Assembly (NCBI RefSeq): GCF_032191835.1
Contig: NC_083230.1
Coordinates: forward strand, 92,256,001-92,320,000
Direction: 5' to 3'
Source of the DNA: Heteronotia binoei
Taxonomy: Eukaryota
DNA: 64,000 nucleotides
Shown: positions 24,418 through 36,400 of the stretch, one piece after another
Layout of the letters: the number at the start of each line of letters is the position of its first letter
Numbering within the stretch: position 1 is the first letter of the stretch
Made by a program: the position numbers and the translations under genes
Notes under the pieces: model-generated
Database searches by the model: none
Seen by the model: only the letters and a program-made list of their open reading frames with translations
Told to the model about the DNA's origin: nothing

Positions 24418-27400
24418 GTAAGAAATCTTCAAGGCTAAAATGCTAATTTAAATAATTAGTTTCTCTGTTTGCAAGTGATACCCACAGAAGGGAACAGGCA
24501 GGTAAGGCTGTGGAGTACCCGCAGTCCCAGCCATAGATGAGTTTTAGATTTTGACAAGACAGGCCACCATAGGAAATAACTCAAAAACAGAATAACTGGT
24601 AACCATTGCTCCAGCATTGATTTGAAGCCTACTCAGGGCCCCACCTCCTTGGAGATCAGCCCTCAGTTAAAGGGACAACACTGTTTCTGAGATGCATTCT
24701 CTAGTAATGTTGTTCTGTGTCCTGTTTAAAATTATAGTCCTTTATCAAAGGAAATCTGTGTGTGTGGTTGGCTCTGTGGCTACACCCCCGAATGACCCAA
24801 GTCAAGAGTGTTTCATCTTCTCAAGGGCCTTGGTGTCTTTGGATTCTTCTGATACAGAAATGCCTCTCTGCTTCCTTGACCATGACACTGGTTAACCATT
24901 TTTTCTGTATGAACAAGGGCGTGGTATTGTATTCTGTCACCATATTGTATGCAGTGGGGTAGATTCTGTCTAGGACTAGAGGAGCAGCATGACCAGAAGT
25001 GAGCATTGCCTTTCTGCTCCTGTGGAGTAGCTGCCTTCTAAAGTGCTTTGGGCTCTACAAGGGAGGAAGGTGGCTAGCAAATTTATAATATAGTGGATTT
25101 GATGCATTGAAGAGGTGGAGTAGTAATGAACATCAGCTCTTTATTAGATACAGCATTAGGTGGGCTACACTTCAAGACTGAGGAACTGGGCCAATGGGGC
25201 CAACTGTATACAACTCAGGGTTCCCGCGCCAGCATGTTATTGGGTCATTCAAACCAGCAGGGGGCTTGTGATTGGTGCAGGGCAGCAGGGATTTGGATCC
25301 TGCTGCCCATTGTTCCCAAGTCCCCAAGCTCCGTTCTTCTGGCTCCAATGAGCCAGGCAGGAACACCATATATAGTCTTCACTTTGGTCAGCATATACAA
25401 CAAAATTATTTAAAAGAACAAATAAAGGGTTGGTGGACCATCAGAAAGGTGTGTGAGTCTGCATTGGGAGGAGGAAAATCCCAGGTGTTTTTTTTTCTGC
25501 AGGCAAGATGTGTCTTCAGCTAGCTGAATCCTTAATTAGGATCTACCTCAATGCTAATTATTAACAGGCTGTCCTTTCTCTTTCAGTTAATCAGATTCTA
25601 CTGTTCCTACTTGTTTTTACCATCTGTGTCATTCTTTATAACAAAGTTCACAAGATGCCATCTACCTTGCTAAAGAATGAACCAGGTACATGCCTATTGT
25701 TAGAATCTGTTTTTACTTTGACATTACCAAGATTGACCATTCCCATTCATAATACAAGATAAATTGGAATGTAGAGTCCAGAGCAAGCTGGCTTGCTTGG
25801 TTTCTCTAGCTTCTGCCCAATGCTGTTGGCTGCATACCCTTCTCTGCTACTAGCCAGCCAACAGTATGCCTGTTCTAGCTGCCCTATTCCCTCATGACAG
25901 CTACAGTGCCTCTGCATGCAAACAAGCACATGAGCGTGGGCCCAGTTCCGTAAGGAAATATGGCAGCCAAAACCAACATGGCAGCAGCCAGTAGGTATAT
26001 GGAAAGAAAGCTCATATTGAAATAAATGCTGTTAGTCTTTAAAGTGCCTTTGGGCTTTTTGTTTTGTGTTGACCAAGCAACAGACCTAGATGGTAGACTA
26101 GGAGAGAAGCCTGACATTAATTCGCAATGCCATTGACTTTCACCAAGACTTTCCTCCCAGCCTCTTTTACAGACTTCTGTAAAGGGCCCTTCTAGTGTAG
26201 AACTACAGCATTGTGTGTAGCAAAATAAAACAGCAGTCCAGGAGTGCTTAGAGATAAACAACATTTATTCCAGCATAAGTTTTCTTGAGTCAGAGCTCAT
26301 TTCACCAGACAGATAAACTGTACATCCATCTGACAGATGAAGGCTACAAACAATAGAAACAGTAGAGTGTGGGAGGACCGTTCCTTAACTGTTGATATAT
26401 CAGCCAAGTAGGATTAACATAAAGTCAGATCTAGAAAAGTGCAAAATTGAAACATGAAAAGCAGATCCAATTAGAAAATTGTATCATCTATATATCTAAT
26501 AGTGACATGTGACTCCATCTGCAGATATCTAAACCTGCACATCTGGGCCACGCTGACACTAAACAGATTTTCCTACAAGCTTGGGGGAGCTCCTGAGTTT
26601 GCAGAAAAACCTGAATTCTGAAAAAAATACACTGGAGATTTAAACAAACCTCCCCAATAGACTATTTCTGCCCGCGCACTGAAATACTCTTATTTTGTTT
26701 CTGCAGTGGTAAGCATTAAGAGCCACACTGGGATGCTTCTCAGGCCCTGGCCATGTCATCATAGGATGCCAGGAATCACTCCAGGCCTGGGCACAGCAGC
26801 AACAGATGCTGGGAGCTGCTGCAGATTCAGAGAGGCTCCCAGATGCTGCTGTTTCTTGGCTGAGCTCAGTGGTGGGTGGTGGGGTCTGGAGCCAGGCCAA
26901 ACCCAGCAATGGAGAGGGGGAGATGGAATCCTCCCACACATACACACAGTTGTATGTTTTAATAATGAAGTCAGTCAAATCTTTTTTTAAATTTTTTTAA
27001 AATATTTTAATTAAAAGTAAGTCAGTCAGATCTGAGGATACTTAGATCCAGCGACTGGAGCACTGAATGGACAAGACAGATATTTCTATCAGCCTGAATA
27101 CTGCCCCAGATAATTTGGCCAAGGGCTTAGAGGTTGCAGTTGGTTGGTTGGTTGAAGCAAAGCCAGCTGAAATTAAATCCACAGAAGATGGAGGTCCTGT
27201 GACTGAGCTGAGGAGATCCCAGGCTGAGATGCCAATTTCCAGCTCTTGATGGTGTGTCATTAACTTCAAGGCCACTTGTGAAGAGCTTGGGTGTGCTTCT
27301 AGATGCCTCCCTTTCCTTGGAGGCTCATAGAATCATAGAGTTGGAAGGGACTCAGATCACAAATGTTGCCAGACTGGCATTATTCCATCTATACAAGATA

Positions 27401-30400
27401 AGGCAACTGGTTCCCTTCCTGTCTCACCCAGACTTAGCCATAGTGATCCATGCAATGGTCATCTCCAGGATAGACTACTGTAACTCACTCTGTGCAAGGC
27501 TACCTTTGAGACTGATCCAGAAACTCCCAGCTGGTCCAGAATGCCGTGGTGCATGTTCTTCAAGGTACACTATTGAGAGCCCACATACAACCAGTGCTCC
27601 ACCAGCTGCACTGGCTCCAAGTTGAATACTGGATCAGGTTCAAGTCTTGGTTCTAACCTTCAGAGCTCTACATGGTCTGGGACCATCTCTACTAGAACAC
27701 TGCTTTATGGACAATAACCTCCTGGCGGTCCCAATTTTTTCCACCTAGATCACTTCTGTTGGGGAGTTAATTCCTCTGATGTTTTCTAACTTACTGATTC
27801 CATGCCCTCTTTGATGTACAACGCAACCAACCCAACCCTTTCTCTCGTGCTGTTTATAGTATATAGTATATAGTGACTGACATTGCAATGGAAGCAGTGC
27901 CATGGTCAGATCACTTTGCCCTTAAGGCTCGTATGGGGGTGTCACCCAAAACCTGTTTAGGCGGAGAGCGTATTTTTGCTCACCCGCGGAGCCTGATGGA
28001 CCCGGAACGGTTCCTAACGGCCCTTCGGGACACCTGGCCCGCTGGCGACTCCCTGGATGATCTGGTAGAGTCCTGGAATGATGGGCTCTCCAGGGCCATC
28101 GAGGAGGTCGCACCCAAGCGCCCTCTGCGTCCCTGCTCGAAGCCGTCGCCCTGGTTCAACCAGGAGCTGCGGCAACAAAAGCGGGGACTCAGACGACTGG
28201 AGAGGCAATGGCGGCGTACTCGAGACGAAGTGACCCGAACATCTTATAGAGAGAGTTTGAAGGCCTATGAGATGGCAATCAAAGCTGCAAAGAAAGTGTT
28301 CTTTGCGGCTAAGATTGCGTCCGCAACTTCGCGCCCGGCACAATTGTTCGACATAATTAGAGGACTTACAACGCTGCCGCAAGGCAGACTAAATTCTACT
28401 GAATTGGAAATAGGCTGTGAGGCTTTTGCGAAATTTTTTGTGGATAAAATCGCGTCACTCCGTCCCGACCCCCCTGCCAATTTTGAGACAGTTAGCGAAA
28501 TCGAGGCCCCGAGTCTGTCTTCGGACTATATGCTGGACGGCTTTAGCCCCCTCAGCCTGGAGGAAGTTGACAGGATTCTCTTATCTGCTCGCCCAACTAC
28601 TTGTAAACTGGACCCATGCCCTTCCTGGCTTATTAAATCTTGCCAGGGTGACCTTAGATATCCTATACGGGATATCATAAATAGACCCCTGATGGAAGGG
28701 CATTTTCCAACGCCGCTCAAAGAGGCCGTGGTCCGCCCCCTCTTAAAGAAACCATCTTTAGATCCGGCCCAATTGGCACACTATCGGCCGGTCTCAAATT
28801 TGCCTTTTCTGGGCAAACTTATTGAGAGGGCAGTGGCGATGCAGCTACAGACCTTCCTGGAGGATGCTTCCATCCTTGACCCATTTCAGTCCGGCTTTCG
28901 CCCGGGACATGGGACGGAGACGGTGCTGGTCGCCCTAGTGGATGACCTTCAACGGCATCTGGATCGGGGCGGCTCGGCGGTGCTGATGTTGTTAGACCTG
29001 TCGGCTGCGTTCGACACGGTCGATCATCGGCTACTGAAGGGTCGTTTCGCTGACGCGGGGATTCAGGGGTTGGCCTTACAGTGGCTTTCCTCTTTCCTTG
29101 ACGGTCGGGGACAAAGGGTCGCAGTTGGGGGGGAGCTGTCCCGGAGGTGCACACTTGATTGTGGTGTACCACAAGGGGCGGTTCTCTCCCCGATGTTATT
29201 TAACATCTACATGCGGCCTCTTGCCCAGATTGCCCAAAGGTACGGGCTAGGGTGTCATCAGTATGCTGATGACACCCAGCTCTATCTACTGATGGACGGC
29301 CAGCCGACCTACGCCCCGGAAAATCTAGATCGGGCATTGCATGCCGTGGCTGAGTGGCTCAGACTGAGCGGGCTGAAGCTTAACCCTGCGAAGACAGAGG
29401 TCCTTTGCTTGGGTCGCCACGGCCCGGGAGGGGGAATCCCCCTACCAGCCTTTGACGGTGCGCCGCTGATAGCGGCGGACAAGGTCAGGAGCTTGGGGGT
29501 GTTATTGGAGCCATCCTTAAAGATGGAGGCTCAGATAGCAGCCGCTGCCAAGTCCGCGTTTTTTCACCTTAGGCAGGCAAGGCAGTTGGCCCCCTTCCTG
29601 GAGCGCAACGGCCTAGCAACAGTGATCCATGCTACGGTCACCTCGAGGTTGGACTACTGTAATGCCCTCTACATGGGGCTGCCCCTGTCCCGAACTCGGA
29701 AATTGCAGCTGGTGCAGAATGCCGCGGCCCGGCTGTTATTGGGCCTCCCAAAGTGGGAGCACATTCAGCCGGGTCTTCGGACTCTGCACTGGCTTCCAGT
29801 GATATACCGAGTCCGGTACAAGGTGCTGGTTATCACCTTTATTTTATTATTTTTTTTAAAAAGAAATTTTTCGTTTATTTGACATGAAAAAGTAAAAATA
29901 AACATCACAAAAAAAACCAAGTAAACAAAGCAAACAAATCAAACACAAAAATTGCAAAATACAACAACACAGAAAATACATTAAACAGAAAACCCCATAC
30001 ACCCAAGGAGTGGAAGGGATCAGGTGAATTACAATTACTCCACATCGAAACCTTTACTTTTAACCCAACTGTACATAGGGCCCCATTCCTCCTGACACTT
30101 TTCTACATTACCATCTTTCAATCTCGTGGACAATAAATCTGATTCGGCAGCATCCAGCAGTTTGGTAACAAATTCCTCTCTATTAGGTACTTTTTCAGAT
30201 TTCCAATGTTTTGCATATAATACTCTAGCTACTGTAACTATATACAACAATAATTTCAGTTTTATTTTAGGAATGTTTTGTCGGCATATATTAAGTAGAT
30301 ATGGTTCAGGTGTGTGGTTGATGTTAATTTTCAGAATCTTTTGGGACCACGTATTGACTTGTGCCCAAAACTTTTTAGCGTGATCACACTGCCACCAGAT

Positions 30401-33400
30401 ATGAATAAGGGATCCCTTTGTTTCTCGGCACTTCTAGCATTTGTTCGAGTATTTGGGGTAAATTCTAGCCAATCTGTCTGGAGTGAGGTACCATCTGTAC
30501 ACCATTTTATAAAGATTCTCTTTAAGTTCTGCAGGTTTTATTAGTTTTAAATTCTGTTTCCATAATTTTTCCCATTCGATCAAATCAATGTTAAATCCGA
30601 AATCTTTTAACCAACGAATCCAACATTCTTTAACTGTCTCTCCTTGCATCTTTAATTGAAGTAGCCAATCATAGGCCTTAGAGATAATTTTCTGTTTGGT
30701 TGAAAGTAGCAAATCTAAGTCGTTGGGTTTATTCAGAAATCCCTTTTCCTTGTCCTTTTGAAATCTAGATTTTAGTTGGCATTGTACCCACCAGTCTAAT
30801 TTGGTGAGTTCTTCCTCAATCAAGGCATTATTGTCATCCAATAAAGTTCCGTAGTTATGCTGGTCTTTCCAGGCATACAAATTAGGGTGCGTCAGCTTCT
30901 ATTGGGGATAGCCACATTGGGGTATTATGGTAATGAACCTTGATTTCTTGCCAAATTCTAAAAAGAGATCTTCTTATTTCATGTCTTAAAAATAAACTTG
31001 AGTTAGTAGGGTTGCGGTACCACATGTAGTTGTGCCAGCCTTCCCCCAGACCCGCACCTTCCAACACTAGGAGTCTTTTATTTTCCAGGGAGCACCAGTC
31101 TCTCAGCCAAGCTATACAGCAAGCTTTGTAGTATAGACTCCATTCTGGGAGGGCAAGCCCCCCTCTTAATTTACTATCATACAACACCTTGGATTTTATT
31201 CTAGGTTTCTTGCCCTGCCAGATGAAGATCTTGACCATTTCATTAAGCTGTTGAAAGAATAATTTGGGAAGAATAATTGGAATCGTTTGAAAGAGAAATA
31301 AAATTATTGGAAGAACATTCATTTTAATTGTGGCAATTCTACCTAAAAGTGAGATTTGGAGGCCTTCCCATCTGGTTAGATCGTTTCGAATTTCCTTAAG
31401 TATTTTATCATAATTATCTCTGTACAAAGTTTTTAAGTCATTTGTCAAATAAATACCTAAATATTTCAATTTCTTTTCCTGCATAAAACCCGAGAGAGTT
31501 TCTAGTTGTTCAATCTGAGATTTATTCATATTCTTCGTTAAGATCTTAATTTTGGATACGTTCAATTTAAATCCTGAAATTTCACCATATTCTTTTAATC
31601 TTTGTTTCAAGAAGGTTATGGACGAAATCGGTTGTTCCAGGATAAATATTAAATCATCCGCGAAGGCTAATGTTTTAAATTCTTCGTTCTTCATTCTAAC
31701 TCCTTGAATTTTGGAGTCGTCTCTAATCTTTTGGATCAGAGGTTCTAGTGTTAGAATAAAAAGTAAAGGTGACAGGGGACAACCCTGTCTAGTACCTTGT
31801 TCTATATTAATAGGTTTAGTCATAGTTCCATTGAAGTTGATTCTTGCAGTTTGATTCGAATAAATTGCTGCTACCAAATTACGAAAATTGTCCCCACATC
31901 CAACAGCCGCAAGTGTCTTGCAAATCATATTCCAGTTAACCTTATCGAATGCTTTCTCTGCATCAACCATGATTCCCGCAAACTGTTTGTCAGGGTGTTC
32001 CTTGTAATATTCAATGATATTCAACAATAATCTCACATTCTGACTCATAAGACGTCCCGGAACAAAACCTGTTTGATCCCCGTGGATTATGCTGGAAATT
32101 ACCTTCTTGAGCCTATTCGCAAGAATTGTGGCAAAAATCTTGTAATCACTATTTAAGAGTGAGATAGGTCTATAATTTGGCTTAAAAATAATATTGGCAA
32201 ATATTTACGCTCCCAACGAAAACCAGGAGAGTTTTTACAAAGCATTACATCTCAAACTTAGAGAATTTGACTCCGAAAATTGTTGTATAATTGGAGATTT
32301 CAATGCAATATTTGATGCCAAAATGGACAAAAAATTTGAAGACCCCCCAAAAAGAAAAACGCGAAATCTATTACCCAAGTCTTTCTTGAAAATAGCTGAA
32401 GAACTAAATTTAGTGGATGTCTGGAGAACTAAGAACCCCCTTACTAAGGACTATACATATTATTCACATGTCCATAAATCCTGGTCTAGAATAGATATGT
32501 CTTGGGCATCCTTGAATTTGACATTATCTATAAATCAAACGGACATTTTACCTCAGACATACGCAGACCATAGCCCAATCCAATTGGTCTTGCAGGGAAA
32601 ATCAAGAAACCCCCGCTGGTCTCTTAATTTACAAATTTTAAAAGAGAGCAAATTTTTGGAAATGGCCAGGAAAGAAGTTAAAGAGTTCTTTTCTAACAAC
32701 CGGGAGGAAGACACCAAGATGCCTATTATATGGGACGCTTTTAAGGCCTTTTTCAGAGGAATAGCGATTAGATATTCCGCACAGAGGAAGAGAGAACAAA
32801 TGAAGTCATATAACGAATTGGTATCCAAACTGAAGATCTGGGAAAATCAGCAAAAGACCAAAAATTCAAAAGAGACGAAGGCCAAGATTATATCCACCCA
32901 ACATCAAATTAATCTTCTTTTGACAGAGGAGATTGAGCGGAAACTGAAGTGGGCAAAACAAAATTATTTCGAGAATGCAAATAAAGTGAGTAGATGGCTG
33001 GCTTATAAATTAAAGAAGGAAAAGCAGAAAAGGATCATTAAATCCTTGAAGAATAAAGAAAACGAAGAGGTTTTTCAGAGTTCCCAAATGAGTGATATTA
33101 TCCACAATTTTTACCAAAATCTTTATAAGATATAAGTCAAAAACAAGAGGACTATATAACAAATGTTAACCTGAACAAGATTACACATGAACAACAACAA
33201 GGGTTGGACAACCCTATTACAATTCATGAAATAGTAGAGGCGACCAAAAGTCAAAAACGAAACAAGACCCCAGGACCTGACGGTCTACCAATTGAATTTT
33301 TTAGAACATTCGAAGATATTTTACTGCTACCATTTAAAAAGGTGATTGAGAACATACAAACTACGGGGGAGCCCCCAGACTCTTGGAAAGAAGCTTTAAT

Positions 33401-36400
33401 TACCCTAATCCATAAAGAAGGAACTGATTCTTCGGAGATCAAAAATTATAGACCTATGGTTATCACCTTTAAAGCCCTATATGGCTTGGGACCTGTCTAC
33501 CTGAAGGACCGTCTCTCCCCGCATGTTCCCCAGAGAGTACTGAGGTCGGGATCACAAAACTTCCTTACTGTCCCTGGGCCGAAAGAAGCCCGCTTGAAAG
33601 CCACAAGAGAAAGGGCCTTCTCTGTTATGGCCCCTACATGGTGGAATCAGCTACCGGAAGAGGTGAGGGCCCTGCGGGACCTTGTTCAGTTCCGCAGGGC
33701 CTGTAAAACAACCCTCTTCCGGTTAGCCTACACCTAGCTTGAGAATTTTAATGCAACCTGCCAGATCTCTGTATATATTGGAATATTTATTAATTTTTAT
33801 GGTTTTATCTGTTTTATCTGTTTTAAAGTTATTCCCTTACATGTTTAAATATTGTTTAATTTATGTTGGATCTAATGCTGGAAGCCGCCCTGAGCCACTT
33901 GTGGGAAGGGCGGGATATAAATTCTAAATAAAAAAATAAAAATAAAAATAGAGCTTATATCCAGGAATGACTATATCCCAGAAATTTTCCACATTCCACT
34001 ATGTTTCTGAGATGCTTACTATATCCAAATTGTCACTGAACATCAAATAGTCCAGCTCCCCCATCTTGGCTCAGAGACTTCTAGCACTGGTATATAGATG
34101 TCTATAATGTGTTTCCCTCTCTAGTAACCTTGCCTCTTTCATCCCCTTGGCTGTCAGTCACCATCCTACCCTCACTCCCAAGTTCTATTACACTCCTGTG
34201 AATATTATCCTGAGTGTTTATGCAACAGCCAGTTTGGTGTAGTGGTTAAGTGCACAGACTCTTATCTGGGAGAATTGTGTTTGATTCCCCACTCCTCCAC
34301 TTGCAGCTGCTGGAATGGACTTGGGTCAGCCATAGCTCTCATAGAAGTTGTCCTTGAAAGGGCAGCTGCTGTAATAGCTCTCTTAGTCCCATCTACCTCA
34401 CAGGATGTCTGTTGTGGGGGGAGGAAGGTAAAGGAGATTGCGACCACTCTGAGATTTGCTAGCAGCCTGGTTCCTTTTTGGTTCAAGTGAAAACCCTCTC
34501 TTTTGTACACGTTTGGCTTGTCCCAGAAGGTTCCCCAGGGCCTAATAAATCTAAACCATCCAAGCACCACTTTCTCATCCATGAACTGACATCCCTGCTC
34601 TGTACCTGCCTAGCTGGCCCTGTGTATGGAATTGGCAGCACTTCTGAGAATGATATCTTTGAGGTTCTGTTCTTTAACTTTCTGCCTAGTAACCTATGCT
34701 TTTGCTCCAGAACCACACAACTACATTTCCTAATGGCATTGGTGCCAACAAGACTACTGGCTGCTCCCCAGTGCTATCTGTTATGCTATCTAGACAGTGC
34801 ATGATGTACACAGCCTTTGCACCAGGCAGGCAAGTAACCATGTGGTCAAAATGCCTGTCACAGACCCCCCTCTCTCTATTCCTAATAACTGAATCACCCA
34901 CTACCAGAAGCCTTTCACCCAGCCCTCCATGGATATCCTTAGTATGAGAGGATATCAGTCCATTGCTCAAGCAAGGGGTCCCTTCTAAGGGATCACATCC
35001 CTCCTCCTCAGACTGATGCCTTCCACTCAAGACTCTCGCTCTTCACTACAGCAGAAGAGCTGTCAGCACAGGTGTAGGACTGTTCTGTTAAGTCTCTGAG
35101 GGTCTCTTCCCCAAACTTCTGTCTATGCCTTGGTTTCTTCAGGTTGGCAACCATAGGCTCAAGGCAATGAGCTCATTGCAGCAGGCACACACCTATGATT
35201 ACCAAATCATTGGATAACTCCTCTGCTGGCTTTCTTCATAACTGGTTAGTGGTTTAAAAGTATCTAGAGCAGGGGTGGCCAACGGTAGCGCTCCAGATGT
35301 TTTTTGCCTACAACTCCCATCAGCCCCAGCCATTGGCCATGCTAGCTGGGGCTGATGGGAGTTGTAGGCAAAAAAATATCTGGAGAGCTACCGTTGGCCA
35401 CCCTTGATCTAGAGTAATGCAGGGTCCCCAGGCGTGATCTCCAGGCTAACAGCCGTAGACCAAGAGCCCTTTGACTCTCGCCCTTTGGCTTATGCCTCTC
35501 CTTAGGAGAAGCTTTAGTACAGAGGCCCACAGCCTCTGCCTCCCAACAGCAACATCAGAGGATGGGACCTGCAAAGAGGCAAACAGATCTTGTTCAATGA
35601 GTAGTAGACCAGACAAAAGACCCAAACAGGCCCGGACAAAAACACCGGTCTCCAGCAGGGTATAAGTACCCACTCACCTCAAATTCTGTTCTCTCACAAA
35701 ACAACCTCAGTTAATGTTCCCCAGTAGTTTAGCAGTTTAGAAAAGGCAACCAATAAAAGGTATCGTCCATTACATCTGTTAATTAGTTATCTATATCTGT
35801 ATAAAATTCTGATTTGTCCTGCTTGTCCTATTGCACTCTGTGCTTTCACAGATCAGACTTTATGTTAGTTCTACTTTGCCAAGCTGTCAACTGTTGGGGC
35901 TGAACAAAGCAGGAGTCAAGTTGCACCTTTAAAACCAACCAAGTTTTATTCAGAACGTAAGCTTTCGTGTGCTCTTAAGCACACTTCATCAGACGAGCAG
36001 AGCCATACATAGCTGGTAGGCAGTGGCCCAGAATGCAAAATGGTACAGATTTAAGAACCAATGACAGTGAAGTAAAATTATCTGGTAGGCAGTCGTCACG
36101 CACTTTCTAACATCTCCCTCCCACACTGCCTTACCATTGTTTGCAACTTTTAATGTAAATTCATAGGACTTATAGATCTGATGCCTCTGATCAAGTGAGT
36201 ACTGACTCAGGGAAGCTTATCCTCTGAAGTGCCACTGGATTCCTCCTGTGTTATTTTGCTGCTACTGATATGGCTGCCCATCTAGAATTGTAGTAACATG
36301 TGACCCCATTTTTTTTTTTTTTAAATAGTTGACTTGGAGAGCCCGGAAGAAATGGAAGAAGACATTCCTGTGGTGATATGTGCTGCAGCAGGAAGAATGG

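Larger units (their letters stand above)
27755..35700 (-). mobile_element. Old CR1 LINE 5' portion (5'UTR, ORF1 SGNH-esterase, start of ORF2 endonuclease), split by L2/L1, SINE and MITE insertions
   Basis: ORF1 motifs [19 protein letters not shown] (34457-35030); ORF2 start YTSARSL*AKMGEL...IPGYKLY (~33950-34110) continues left of the L2 as ...[11 protein letters not shown] (~27755-27860). Confidence 0.8.
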
